A DNA stretch of 64,000 bases, taken from contig CAWJMB010000002.1 in the NCBI GenBank assembly GCA_963843845.1, positions 3,168,001 to 3,232,000 on the forward strand, in the 5' to 3' direction. The position numbers and the translations under genes were made by a program. Under the pieces are notes generated by a model that saw only the letters and a program-made list of their open reading frames with translations, was not told the DNA's origin and did not search any database. Source of the DNA: an uncultured Gemmatimonadaceae bacterium. GTDB lineage: Bacteria > Gemmatimonadota > Gemmatimonadetes > Gemmatimonadales > Gemmatimonadaceae. Below are positions 20,896 through 31,180 of this stretch, one piece after another. Every line of letters starts with the position of its first letter. Within the stretch, counting starts at the first letter, position 1.

Positions 20896-21894
20896 TCAGC
20901 GCCCGGCCGCTTTCTGTCCGTACTCCACGGCCTTGAAGCCGTTGTCGCCCCAGCCGGCGATGAAGACCGAGAAGCCCTGCTTCATTCGCTGCTCGACCGT
21001 CTGCGGATCGTTCGCCGGGTAGCCGCACGGCACCTTGAATTCCTTGCACGCGGCGAGCACCTGCTGGATCGACGCCTCCCACGCCTCGGCGTCGAACGTC
21101 CGCTGCTTCGTCGTGGAGTCGATCGTCGAGAACACGCCCCGAAGTGTGCCGGCGCCGGGGAAGAGCGCGGCGATCCCCTTCACGGCCGCGATCTCGCGGG
21201 TGCGTGCGAGCCCCTCTTTGCTCTCGATGATCGCCCACGCGGTCAGCTCCCCCTTCGGGTTGAGCGGCCACACGTCGGCCTTCGCTCGGTAGTCGCTCTC
21301 GCTGACGCCCCAGAACGCCGGCGCCGTCCCGACGCCGTCGGGGCGCGTGCCGCCGTGCTTCCTGAACCGCATCGCGGCGAGCCCGCTCTTGAGCTCGTCC
21401 GCGCTCGTCACGTCGACGAACACGATCGTGCTCACGCCGAGGTCGAGCTGCTTGGCGATGCGCTGCGCGGCGATTGCGCGGTCCGGCGCGACTTCCGGCG
21501 TCTTCACGGCGACCGGGTGGCGCAGGTGCGCGTACGGCGTCTTCGTCGTGCTCCCCGCGTCCATGATCCCCTTCATGAACTCCATGAAGCCGGGGTAGCC
21601 GCGGTCGAAGTTCCCCTCCATGCTGCCGTCGAAGATGAAGTCGGCCTGTGCGTAGGCCATCGCGTCGCGCGCCAGCTCGGCCTGCGTCTTCTGCGGCGCG
21701 GGCGGCGTCTCGGCGGCGGGGCGGGCCATCCCCGGCGGGCCGCCGACGCGCGGATTCGCCGGAGCGTACAGCCCGAACACCGGCTTGCCGGCCACGTGCA
21801 GGTCGATCATCGGATTCAGATGCCCCGGCGCCTGGACGGCGCGAGGAGCGGCGGCCGAGGCGGCCGCGAGGGTGAGCAGAACGACAGCGCGCAC
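20896..21894 (-). CDS. HpcH/HpaI aldolase/citrate lyase family protein with signal peptide
   Basis: QLDLGVSTIVF, ADVWPLNPKGEL, IIESKEG and LFPGAGTL. Confidence 0.75.
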   Translation of the reverse strand: MRAVVLLTLAAASAAAPRAVQAPGHLNPMIDLHVAGKPVFGLYAPANPRVGGPPGMARPAAETPPAPQKTQAELARDAMAYAQADFIFDGSMEGNFDRGYPGFMEFMKGIMDAGSTTKTPYAHLRHPVAVKTPEVAPDRAIAAQRIAKQLDLGVSTIVFVDVTSADELKSGLAAMRFRKHGGTRPDGVGTAPAFWGVSESDYRAKADVWPLNPKGELTAWAIIESKEGLARTREIAAVKGIAALFPGAGTLRGVFSTIDSTTKQRTFDAEAWEASIQQVLAACKEFKVPCGYPANDPQTVEQRMKQGFSVFIAGWGDNGFKAVEYGQKAAGR

Positions 21895-22016
21895 GCGGAG
21901 CTTCTCTCGGTGAGGGGGAGGCGGGACGTCGCCGACGCTAGGGGCGTCGCACTGACGTATGTGCTCCACTACGTGCGGCGTCCGCGCTTCGCTGGCGCCG
22001 CACTATCTTGCGCGCC

Positions 22017-22769
22017 ATGCAACGCCTCGTCTCTGCCTGGACGTGGAGCGTGTGGATCACGCTCGTGTTCCTCGGCTTTCCCGTCGCCTGCGTCATCTTC
22101 GCGCTCACCGCGCCGTTCGATCCGGGGCGCTACGTCGCCGGACGCTTCTTCCGACTCATCGGCAAGTCCGGCGCGGCGCTGAATCCGTGGTGGCACTTCC
22201 GCACGACCGGCGTGCGGATCACCGACCCGCGCCACCCGTACGTCGCGGTCGCGAACCACGAGTCGTACGCCGACATCTTCCTGCTCTGCTATCTGCCGTG
22301 GGAGATGAAGTGGCTCGCGAAGAAGCAGGTCTTCCGCATCCCGGTCATGGGGTGGCACATGTGGCTGGCCGGCGACGTGCCGCTCGTGCGCGGCAACCGA
22401 TCGAGCGCGGTCGGGGCGCTGGCCAAGTGCCGCGACCGCCTCGCGAAGCGGGTCTCGGTCATGATCTTCCCCGAGGGAACGCGCTCGCCGACCGACGAGC
22501 TGCTGCCGTTCAAGGACGGGGCGTTCGCGCTCGCCGTCGAGGCGCAGGTGCCGGTGCTGCCGATCGCGATCGCCGGCACGCGCGACGCGATGGCCAAGCA
22601 CTCGTTCCTCGTCGGCCACGCGACCGCCGCCTGCCGGGTGCTCGAGCCGATCGAGACGACCGGGCTCGGGCCGAGCGACGTCCCCGCGCTCCGCGAGCGC
22701 GTCCGCGCGCTGATCGACGACGCACGCCACGAGCTGCGCGCCGAGCTGGCCCGGGGGACCCGCGCATGA
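22017..22769 (+). CDS. 1-acyl-sn-glycerol-3-phosphate acyltransferase (PlsC-like)
   Basis: NHESYAD, FPEGTRS and FKDGAF. Confidence 0.92.
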   Translation: MQRLVSAWTWSVWITLVFLGFPVACVIFALTAPFDPGRYVAGRFFRLIGKSGAALNPWWHFRTTGVRITDPRHPYVAVANHESYADIFLLCYLPWEMKWLAKKQVFRIPVMGWHMWLAGDVPLVRGNRSSAVGALAKCRDRLAKRVSVMIFPEGTRSPTDELLPFKDGAFALAVEAQVPVLPIAIAGTRDAMAKHSFLVGHATAACRVLEPIETTGLGPSDVPALRERVRALIDDARHELRAELARGTRA

Positions 22770-23829
22770 GCCTTCCGCTCACCACGTCGATCGCCGACGA
22801 TGCGCCGCTCACGCTCGACGCGCTCGAGGAGCGGCTGTCGCGTCCGACGAGCGGGGTGCTGGGCGTGGTCGGGCGGCTGACCGGCGATGTGCTCGTCCTG
22901 GGTGCCGGGGGCAAGATGGGGCCGTCGCTCGCCCGCATGGCGCGGCGCGCGCTCGACGAGCTCGGCGGCGACCATCGGACGCGGCAGGTGATCGCCGTGT
23001 CGCGCTACTCGGACGGTGCGGCGCGCGAGGCGCTCGAAGCGGTCGGCGTGCGCACGATCGCGACCGACCTCACCGCGCCCGGGGCCCTCGCGGCGCTCCC
23101 CGACGCCCCGTCGGTCGTCTACATGGCCGGCCAGAAGTTCGGCACGTCGGACGCGCCGGCGCGCACGTGGGGCGTGAACACGTTCCTGCCGGGACAGGTC
23201 GCCGAGCGCTACGGGGCGTCGCGCATCGTCGCGTTCTCCACGGGCAACGTGTATCCCCCCTCGCCGGCGAACGGACGGGGCACGCCGGAAGACGCCGCGC
23301 TCACCCCGCTCGGCGAGTACGCGAACTCGTGCGTCGGGCGCGAGCGGGTGCTCGAGTACGTCTGCGAGCGGCAGGGAACGCCGCTCGCGATCGTGCGACT
23401 CAGCTACGCGGTCGACCTGCGCTACGGCGTCGTCGTCGACATCGCGCGGCGCGTGCAGCGCAGCGAGCCGGTCGACGTGCGGACGGGGTGGGTGAACGTG
23501 ATCTGGCAGGGGGACGCGAACGCGCTCGCGCTGCAGTGCTTCGCGCGCGCCGACACGCCGCCTTCGTCGTGAACGTGACCGGCGCGGACGCCGTGTCGGT
23601 CCAGGACATCGCGCGCCGCGCGGGGCGCACCTTGCGGCGCGAGCCGCGCTTCGTCGGCATGACGGCCCCCGACGCGCTGCTCAGCGACACGACGCTCGCG
23701 CAGCGGATGTTCGGGCCGCCGCAGGTGTCGACGGTGCGGCTCGTCGACTGGGCGGCGCAGTGGCTCGCGGCCGGGAACCCGACGCTCGACCGGCCGACGA
23801 AGTTCGAGGTGCGCGATGGCAAGTACTGA
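22766..23829 (+). CDS. NAD-dependent epimerase/dehydratase; frameshift near 23562
   Basis: GAGGKMG, MAGQKFG, FSTGNVY, EYANSCVGRE and VNVIWQGDAN; C-terminus FVVNVTG..KFEVRDGKY lies in the next frame. Confidence 0.85.
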
Positions 23830-23865
23830 CGGTCGGGCCGCGGAGCGCGGAACTCCGGGCGGGCG

Positions 23866-24927
23866 GTGAACCTTCGCCAGCACCTGCTCGCCGGCCAGGT
23901 CATCCCGGCGCACCCGCTCGCGCTCACGCCGTCGCGCACGCTCGACGAACGGCACCAGCGCGCGCTGACGCGCTATTACGTCGCGGCGGGCGCGGGGGGG
24001 ATCGCGGTCGGCGTGCACACGACACAGTTCGAGATCCACGACCCGAACGTCGGGCTGTACCGCGCAGTGCTGGAGCTGGCGGCGGAGACGGCGACGGCGG
24101 CGTTGGGCACCGAGACGGTCGGCACGTCGCCGCGCGACTTCGTGCGCGTCGCGGGACTCGTCGGGGAGACGCGACAGGCGACCCACGAGGCGCAGGTCGC
24201 GCTGTCGCTCGGCTACCACTGCGGGCTGCTCAGCCTCGCCGCCTACCGCGAGGCCGACGACGCCACGCTGCTCCGCCACTGCCGAGCCGTCGCCGACACG
24301 ATCCCGCTGTTCGGCTTCTACTTGCAGCCGGCGGTCGGCGGACGCGAGCTCGGCTACCGCTTCTGGCGCGAGTTCGCGGAGATTCCGAACGTCGTCGCGA
24401 TCAAGATCGCGCCGTTCGACCGATACCGCACGATCGACGTGGTGCGAGCGATCGCGGCAGCGGGTCGGACGGACATCGCGCTCTACACCGGCAACGACGA
24501 CAGCATCGTCGCCGATCTGCTGACGCCGTTCCCGGTCGTCGTCGGCGGGCGGCGGGAGACGCGGCGCATCGTCGGCGGCCTCCTAGGGCAGTGGGCCGTC
24601 TGGACCCACTCGGCCGTCGCCATGCTCCGCGCGGCGCGCGAGGTCGACGAGGGCGCGCAGACGAGGGAGTGGCTGGCCTTCGGCGCCGCGCTGACCGATG
24701 CGAACGGCGCGCTGTTCGATCCGCGCAACGGCTACGCGGGGTGTCTGCCGGGGATCCACGAGGTACTGCGGCGGCAAGGGTTGCTGTGCGGCACGTGGAC
24801 GCTGAACCCGCGCGAGCGACTGTCGCCCGGGCAGACCGACGAGATCGACCGCGTGCTGCGCGACCACCCCCAGCTCACCGACGACGCGTTCGTGGCCGAG
24901 CACCGCGACGCGTGGCTGCGCGACTGA
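23866..24927 (+). CDS. Dihydrodipicolinate synthase (DapA-like) family protein
   Basis: VIPAHPLAL, GVHTTQF, FYLQPAVGG, AIKIAPF and LYTGNDD. Confidence 0.85.
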   Translation: MNLRQHLLAGQVIPAHPLALTPSRTLDERHQRALTRYYVAAGAGGIAVGVHTTQFEIHDPNVGLYRAVLELAAETATAALGTETVGTSPRDFVRVAGLVGETRQATHEAQVALSLGYHCGLLSLAAYREADDATLLRHCRAVADTIPLFGFYLQPAVGGRELGYRFWREFAEIPNVVAIKIAPFDRYRTIDVVRAIAAAGRTDIALYTGNDDSIVADLLTPFPVVVGGRRETRRIVGGLLGQWAVWTHSAVAMLRAAREVDEGAQTREWLAFGAALTDANGALFDPRNGYAGCLPGIHEVLRRQGLLCGTWTLNPRERLSPGQTDEIDRVLRDHPQLTDDAFVAEHRDAWLRD

Positions 24928-24955
24928 CGGCTGTCCCTCGCACCCCCTACATGCC

Positions 24956-26059
24956 ATGCGCTTGCACTTCGCACGCTCCGAGCTGCTGCTGATCGGTGCC
25001 GCGCTCGCCGCCACGGCCGCGGCGGGACTCACCGCCGGCGAGCGCGCGGGGCCGATCGTCGCGTTCGGCACCTCGGCGCTCGGCCTGTCGCTGCTCGCGA
25101 CGATGGTCGGCTCGGCGACCGAGAACATCGGCGAGCGGCTCGGGCCCGGCGCGACCGGGGTGCTGCAGGCGGCGTTGGGCAACCTCCCCGAGCTGTTCGT
25201 CTGCATCTTCAGCCTCCGCGCCGGGCTCGTCGACGTCGTGCGCGGCGCGCTCGTGGGGGCGGTGCTCGCGAATCTGCTGCTCATCCTCGGGCTCGCGATC
25301 CTCGTCGGGGGGGTCAAGCACGGCACGCAGGTCTTCGGCTCCGGCGTCGCGCGCATGGTCGCGACGCTCATGCTGATCGCCGTCGCGGCGCTCGCGATGC
25401 CCACGCTGGCGCACACGCTCCACACGCCGGCGCAGGCGCACGAGGCCGCGCTGAGCGCGACGTGCGCGGTCGTGCTGCTCGTGATCTTCGCGTGTAGCCT
25501 GCCCTTCTCACTCCGGGCGAGCGCGGCGCGGGCCGCGCAGGAGGCAGGGCCGCCGGCCGCCGATGGGGTGCCGGGCTCGGCGGCGCCGCGACACGAGGCG
25601 TGGCCGCTCGCGCAGGCGGTCGTGGTGCTCGCGGTCGCCGGCGTCGGTGCGGCGCTCGTCTCCGAGTGGTTCGTCGACGCGCTGCTGCCGGCGACGCAGC
25701 GGATCGGCCTGACGCCCGGGTTCACGGGGCTCGTCATCGTGGCGATCGCCGGGAACGCGGTCGAGAACGTCGTCGGCATCAAGCTCGCCGCGCAGAACAA
25801 GCCGGACTACGCGATGAGCGTCGTACTCAACAGCTCACTGCAAGTGGCGCTCGCGCTCACGCCGGTGCTCGTGCTCGCATCGTTCTTCATCGGGCCGACG
25901 CCGCTCACGCTCGTGCTCCCCCCGCTGCTCGTCGCGGCGCTCGCGCTCGCCGCGATCGTCAGCGCGATCATCGTGATCGACGGCGAGTCGATCTGGCTCG
26001 AGGGGGTGGCGCTGATCGGCCTCTACGTGATGATCGCCGCCGCGTTCTTCTGGGGGTGA
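24956..26059 (+). CDS. Ca2+/H+ antiporter (CAX/ChaA family)
   Basis: Alpha repeats GNLPE and GNAVEN, SSLQVAL and WLEG. Confidence 0.92.
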   Translation: MRLHFARSELLLIGAALAATAAAGLTAGERAGPIVAFGTSALGLSLLATMVGSATENIGERLGPGATGVLQAALGNLPELFVCIFSLRAGLVDVVRGALVGAVLANLLLILGLAILVGGVKHGTQVFGSGVARMVATLMLIAVAALAMPTLAHTLHTPAQAHEAALSATCAVVLLVIFACSLPFSLRASAARAAQEAGPPAADGVPGSAAPRHEAWPLAQAVVVLAVAGVGAALVSEWFVDALLPATQRIGLTPGFTGLVIVAIAGNAVENVVGIKLAAQNKPDYAMSVVLNSSLQVALALTPVLVLASFFIGPTPLTLVLPPLLVAALALAAIVSAIIVIDGESIWLEGVALIGLYVMIAAAFFWG

Positions 26060-26090
26060 CGGGCGGCGCGCCGACGTGACGACGGCGTCG

Positions 26091-26471
26091 TCACGTCGGC
26101 GGGATCGTCAACTGCACCTCATCCCCGGCGTTCACCGCGATCTCCTGTGTCGCCGACGGCGCCCGGCCGCCGATCGGGTCGGCGACGAAGCGCAGCGAGA
26201 GCGACCCCTGCACGATCGACGGCGGGATCGTCAGCACCTGCGTCGAGTTGCCGGTGACGGTCCCGAGCCGCACGCGCTGCGAGCCGCGGTACGCGTAGAT
26301 GTTGCGGTCGAGGAAGCCCTGGTTGATGACGCGGACCGTCGTGCGCGCGATCGGCGCCGGGGCGTTCTTCCCCTTGCCATAGCACGCCGAGAGACCGGCG
26401 GTCACGAACGTCGCGAGGAACGCCGTCACGAACGCTCGGCGGCCGAGGCGGTGTGGAAGCGGGGGGTGCAT
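26091..26471 (-). CDS. Small hypothetical lipoprotein
   Basis: Lipobox GLSA-C followed by a beta-rich domain (VRVINQG..RLGTVTG). Confidence 0.7.
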   Translation of the reverse strand: MHPPLPHRLGRRAFVTAFLATFVTAGLSACYGKGKNAPAPIARTTVRVINQGFLDRNIYAYRGSQRVRLGTVTGNSTQVLTIPPSIVQGSLSLRFVADPIGGRAPSATQEIAVNAGDEVQLTIPPT

Positions 26472-26633
26472 GGCGGCTTGAGCCGGAGCGGGTGGTGTGC
26501 GCGAGTCAGCGCGGAGCATGCGATGCCGTAGCATACCCCGTTCCGACCGCGGCGGCACACTGGAAGGGCGCCCTCTCGCGGGACCGGCGCCCACGCGGCA
26601 CCTTGCACGTCGACACTCGACGAGGAGCCCAGC

Positions 26634-27665
26634 ATGCGTGCTCGCCCGCTCACCGCACTCGCACCGCTCGCGGTCACTGCGCTCGCCATGTCCGCCCAGC
26701 CGCCGGCGCAGGGGGCGAAGACCGTCCCGCTGCAGGAGTGGAACGTGCCGTGGCAGGAGAGCCGCCCGCGCGACCCGGTGATCGACGCGGCGGGGCGCGT
26801 GTGGTTCGTCGGGCAGGTCGGCAACTACGTCGCGACGCTCGACCCGACGAGCGGCCAGTTCCGCAAGTTCGCGCTCGATTCGGGCACGAATCCGCACAAC
26901 GTCATCGTCGACCGTCGTGGGACCGCCTGGTTCACGGGGAACCGCAACGGCACGATCGGCCGCATCGACGCGCGGAGCGGGAAGATCACGAGCTACCCCG
27001 TCCCCGGGAACGTTCGCGACCCACACACACTGATCGAGGGGCGCGACGGCAGTCTCTGGTTCACCGCACAGTTCGGGAACGTCGTCGGTCGCCTCACGCC
27101 GAGCGACGGAGCGGTGCGGCTCGTGAAGATGCCGATCGACGCGTCGCGCCCGTACGGCATCGTGCTCGACTCGAAAGGGCACCCGTGGTTCGACCTGTTC
27201 GGCACGAACCGCATCGGCACGATCGACCCGGCGACGATGCAGTTGCGCACCTTCACGCTGCCGAACGAGAGATCGCGCCCGCGCCGCATCGCCGTCACGA
27301 GCGACGACATGGTCTGGTACGTCGACTACACGCGGGGCTTCCTCGGCCGCCTCGACCCGCGAACGGGAGCGGTGCAGGAGTGGCAGAACCCGGGCGGGCC
27401 GGGGGCGCTGCCCTACGCGATGACGGTCGACGATCAGGATCGGCTCTGGTTCGTCGAGACCGGGCGCCAGCCGAACCGGCTCGTCGGCTTCGACCCGAAG
27501 ACGCGTGGCTTCTTCGGGCTGAGCGCGATCCCGAGCAACGGGAGCAAGGCGAACGCCGTGCGCCACATGACGTTCGACCGCACGAGCGGCCACATCTGGT
27601 TCGGGACCGACGCCGGAACGATCGGGCGCGCGACCGTGGGGACGAAGACGCGGCCGATTCTCTAG
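26634..27665 (+). CDS. Vgb (virginiamycin B lyase)-like beta-propeller, secreted
   Basis: Signal peptide; repeated PxxxxxDxxGxxWF...IGRxDP blades; AGGAG RBS. Confidence 0.85.
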   Translation: MRARPLTALAPLAVTALAMSAQPPAQGAKTVPLQEWNVPWQESRPRDPVIDAAGRVWFVGQVGNYVATLDPTSGQFRKFALDSGTNPHNVIVDRRGTAWFTGNRNGTIGRIDARSGKITSYPVPGNVRDPHTLIEGRDGSLWFTAQFGNVVGRLTPSDGAVRLVKMPIDASRPYGIVLDSKGHPWFDLFGTNRIGTIDPATMQLRTFTLPNERSRPRRIAVTSDDMVWYVDYTRGFLGRLDPRTGAVQEWQNPGGPGALPYAMTVDDQDRLWFVETGRQPNRLVGFDPKTRGFFGLSAIPSNGSKANAVRHMTFDRTSGHIWFGTDAGTIGRATVGTKTRPIL

Positions 27666-27689
27666 AGCGAATCGCGGATGCGTTTGCCG

Positions 27690-28998
27690 TCAGGCGATCC
27701 CGGTCCGGATCGCCTTCAGCACGGAGTCGGAGAACACGTCGAGCTCCGCCGGCGTCGTGTAGACGTTCGGCGTGATGCGGATTCCGGAGAACTCCGGGAA
27801 GACGATCGGCGTCGTGACGATGCGTGCCGTGGTGTAGAGCCACGCGCCGAGCTTCGCGGGGTCGATGCCGTCGACGGCGAAGAAACCGATCGCGCCGGCT
27901 TTCGTCGGATCCTTCAACGGGGTCAGCACCTTCACGCGGTCGCTCTCGGCGAGCAGCCGCTTCGCCCAGCGGTCGCGCAGCTAGCGCAGGCGCGCGGCCT
28001 TCCGCTCGGCGCCGATGCCGCGGTGAAACGCGAGCGCGGCGGCGATCGCGTTGTGATTCGCGGCGGGATGCGTGCCGATCTCCTCGAACTTGCGGATGTC
28101 GTTCGTCCTGCGCGGCGACCGCCGCCATGAGCGGCCACACCTTGCTGATCTTCTCGCGGCGGACGTAGAGGAAGCCGGTGCCGATCGGCGCGAGCAGCCA
28201 TTTGTGCAGGCTCGTGCCGTAGTAGTCGGCGCCCAGCGCGTCGCGCGTGAAGGGGAAGTGCGCGAACGCGTGCGCCCCGTCGACGATGACCTCGATGCCT
28301 AGCGGCCGAGCCACGTCGACGATGCGGCGGACGGGGAGGATCTGCCCCGTCAGGTTGGTGATGTGGGGCAGCTCGATGACCTTCGTGCGCGGCGTGATCG
28401 CGGCGCGGAACCGCTCGACCACGTAGTCGTCGCTCGGCGGCGGCACGGTGAACGTGATCGGCTTCACGACGATCCCGTCGCGCCGGGCGCGCTGGTCCCA
28501 CGCGGTGAGCATGCGCGGGTAGTTCTGCGTCGTGACGACGACCTCGTCGCCGCGCGCGAGGTCGAGGCCGAGGATCATCGTCTCGTTCGCTTCGGAGGCG
28601 TTGCGCATGATCGCCATCTCTTCGGGATCACAGCCGAACTCGCGCGCCAGTTCGCGCCGCACGCTCTCGATGCGCGGCTCCAGCTCGCGCCACATGTGCT
28701 GGACAGGCAGCTCGTTCGAGAAGCGCAGATCGCGGATCATCTGCTCCAGCACGTGCGTCGGCGCGGGGCTGACGCCGCCGTTGTTCAGGTTGATCAGCGT
28801 GCGGTCGAGGTCGAACGCGCGGTGGATCTCGGTCCAGTAGTCCTCGTCGCCCGCGACGTCGGCCGTGACGCGGGCGGCGCCGATCTCCGTGGCACGGCGC
28901 AGCGCGACGCCGGCGCGCTCGGCGAATGCGGCGTGCGGGGTGAGCGCCGCGAGCGTGGCGCCGGCGGCCGACGACAGGAAGTGGCGGCGAGAGGACAT
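27690..28998 (-). pseudogene. Class V PLP aminotransferase (isopenicillin N epimerase-like, Tat signal); frameshift ~28104 and in-frame TAG at 27981-27983
   Basis: SRRHFL, NLNNGGVSP, VDGAHAF and TSLHKWL; continues in another frame as DIRKFEEIGTHP..RLR*LRDRW. The lesions may be sequencing errors. Confidence 0.8.
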
Positions 28999-29106
28999 GG
29001 GCGTGATCCGGAGTTGGCGAGGTGCGAGCTATTCTACGCGCCGACGCGGAGGTGACTAGAGCGCGGACGCCGCGAGAGTGAACGGAACATCACCTGCCAT
29101 GACGAG

Positions 29107-29718
29107 ATGCCGATGCGCTATCCGATTCCGGCCGAGCGGCACCGTACCCGCGAGGAGATCGAGCGAAGTCGGTTCATCGCGACGCTCGCGCCCGCCGCGT
29201 CGGTCGAGGAGGCGCAGGCGTTCACCGCGTCGGTGCGCGCCGAGTTCCCGGACGCGACGCACAACTGCTGGGCGTACGTCGTCGGGCCGCCGGGGAGCAC
29301 GGCGCGCGTCGGGATGAGCGACGACGGCGAGCCGCACGGCACGGCGGGGCGCCCGATGTTGACGATGCTGCTGCACGGCGGCGTCGGCGACGTCGCGGCG
29401 GTGGTCACGCGCTATTACGGCGGGGTCAAGCTCGGGACCGGCGGGCTCGTGCGGGCGTACGGCGGCGCGGTGCAGCGCGCGCTCGTCACCCTCCCGCGCG
29501 CCGAGCGGATCGAGCGCACGACGCTGGTCGTACTCGTGTCGTACGCCGACGTCGCGGCGCTGAAGCAGCTCGCCGCCGCGCACGAGGCGGAGACGTCGGG
29601 CGAGGACTACGGCGCCGACGTCACCTACACCCTGCAGCTGCCGGTGCCGAACGCCGAGCCGTTCGCGGCCGCACTGCGCGACGCGACGCGCGGGGCCGCG
29701 ATCGTCGAGCCGGCCTGA
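29107..29718 (+). CDS. yigZ: YigZ/IMPACT family protein
   Basis: SRFIA, ATHNCWAY, SDDGEPHGTAG and RYYGGVKLGTGGLVRAY. Confidence 0.93.
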   Translation: MPMRYPIPAERHRTREEIERSRFIATLAPAASVEEAQAFTASVRAEFPDATHNCWAYVVGPPGSTARVGMSDDGEPHGTAGRPMLTMLLHGGVGDVAAVVTRYYGGVKLGTGGLVRAYGGAVQRALVTLPRAERIERTTLVVLVSYADVAALKQLAAAHEAETSGEDYGADVTYTLQLPVPNAEPFAAALRDATRGAAIVEPA

Positions 29719-29728
29719 GGCTCCTCGC

Positions 29729-30724
29729 TCACAGCGCGTCGGCGATCGCCGCGATCTCCTCGGCGCCCCGCCACGCGTGCTCGAGGCTCGCCAGCTCGCC
29801 CTCGAGCACGCGTCGCTCGTTCTCCTCGTGCAGCGCCATCTCGACGGCGAGCCGCTCGATCGGCGTGAGGCCGAGCGCGCCGACGCGGCGCATCTTCGCC
29901 ATCACGCGCCCGCCGGGGCGCCCCGAAAGCCGCGACGCGCTGCGCAGCCATGTCAGCACGTCGCCGCGCTCGCCGATCTTGTCGACCGCGGCGCGAACTT
30001 GCGGGCGGCTCGCGCCCCACGGGTTCGACCGCGCGAGCAGCACGCTCAGGCTGCGCTCGGCGGCGGCGCCCGTGATGAGGCGCGGGCCGTCGTCCTGGAA
30101 CAGACGGAGCGCCGGCACACCGCCCTCGATGTACATCGACGAATGGCGGAGGTGGCGCACCCGGACGTCGAGAGACCGGCCGGCGTCGTCGCGGATGCGG
30201 GCGATCACGCGCTCGGAGAGCAGCCAGTCTTTCGCCATCTGATACGGCAGTTGTGCCCCGCCGGCCACGTAGCCGGACAGAAAGATGCCGCCCATCGACC
30301 ACATCGCGGTCATCGCCGCGGGGACGGCGACCGGCGCCGCCGCGACCGCCGCGACCGTGCCGACGCTGCCGGCGACGATCGCGCGCCGCCGCCGCCGCCC
30401 GAACTGGTCGCCGTAGCGCCACGCCGCGAACTCCGGGCGCATGGGCTCCCCGATGCGCACGAGCTCGAGCCCCTCGCTCAGACGGGCGAGCCCGATGTTG
30501 TCGGTCGAGACGCGGACGCGCGTGTCGCGAAAGATCCGCTCCGCCGCGTCGATCGTCTCCCACCGCTCGTCGAGCGGCGCGAGGTTCCACCGCTCGCAAC
30601 TCCGGCAGACGACCCACACCCTCCCCTTCCCGGCGTCGAACGCGACGCGCCGGCCGACCGGCATCGACTCGAGCACCTCGTTCGCGCCGAGGGAGGTGTC
30701 GCAGAACAGACAGGTCGAATACAC
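29729..30724 (-). CDS. Hypothetical protein with N-terminal CxxC...CxxC and central TM segment
   Basis: YSTCLFC...VCRSCERWN and C-terminal EMALHEENERR; typical codon usage. Confidence 0.75.
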   Translation of the reverse strand: MYSTCLFCDTSLGANEVLESMPVGRRVAFDAGKGRVWVVCRSCERWNLAPLDERWETIDAAERIFRDTRVRVSTDNIGLARLSEGLELVRIGEPMRPEFAAWRYGDQFGRRRRRAIVAGSVGTVAAVAAAPVAVPAAMTAMWSMGGIFLSGYVAGGAQLPYQMAKDWLLSERVIARIRDDAGRSLDVRVRHLRHSSMYIEGGVPALRLFQDDGPRLITGAAAERSLSVLLARSNPWGASRPQVRAAVDKIGERGDVLTWLRSASRLSGRPGGRVMAKMRRVGALGLTPIERLAVEMALHEENERRVLEGELASLEHAWRGAEEIAAIADAL

Positions 30725-30851
30725 GAGCGACCCTCGGCGCGGGCAGAGGAGGGGAAGCGGGGCGCGACGGCGGGGCTGGCGGCGGACGACGATATTTGTG
30801 CGTTCGCGCACCGTTCGCGCTACCCACGCCCGCATAACCCGGACCGTCCAC

Positions 30852-31052
30852 GTGTCTCCTCGTACGCTCCGCCTCCTCTTCCCGATCCTCGCGCTTCTCG
30901 TCGCGCTGTTCGGGCTCTACCACCTGTTCGCGGGCGGGCTCGCGATCCAACAGCACAACTGGCCGTTCGCCGTCTTCTACCTCGTCTTCGGGTTCGGCGG
31001 GCTCGCGCTCGCTCAGGCGCTGTGGCGCGCCACACGGCGGCTCGGCCGGTGA
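30852..31052 (+). CDS. Small 2-TM membrane protein
   Basis: GTG start; LLFPILALLVALFGLYHLF and FAVFYLVFGFGGLAL. Confidence 0.65.
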   Translation: MSPRTLRLLFPILALLVALFGLYHLFAGGLAIQQHNWPFAVFYLVFGFGGLALAQALWRATRRLGR

Positions 31053-31180
31053 GGCGCGCGCGCAACGGTGTCGGGAGAGTCAGGTCCCTGCGCAAGTTCT
31101 CCTGACGCACCGCGGGACCGGTCAACGCCCGGCGGTGGAATGTCGTATGATCGCCGACTCCCGTCTCTCACGCCGATCGC

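Noticed and set aside
21959..23572. Long N-terminal extensions of ORF-track proteins (also 9416, 32551, 54029, 57335, 59879)
   Set aside because: These are Arg/Ala-rich off-frame read-through typical of very high GC. The real genes start at internal codons overlapping upstream stops.
26634..27665. Vgb-like gene as streptogramin resistance, and VanZ (39801-41084) as glycopeptide resistance
   Set aside because: Both are broad families. The Vgb-like protein has a signal peptide, and neither gene has a resistance-cluster context.
27981..27983. TAG as pyrrolysine or stop-codon recoding
   Set aside because: It sits where Tyr (TAC) is expected, next to a frameshift. Other genes use TAG as a normal stop, and no pyl genes are seen.
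31053..31180. Fur box or riboswitch upstream of the TonB receptor
   Set aside because: No convincing AT-rich palindrome or cobalamin-riboswitch consensus is visible.
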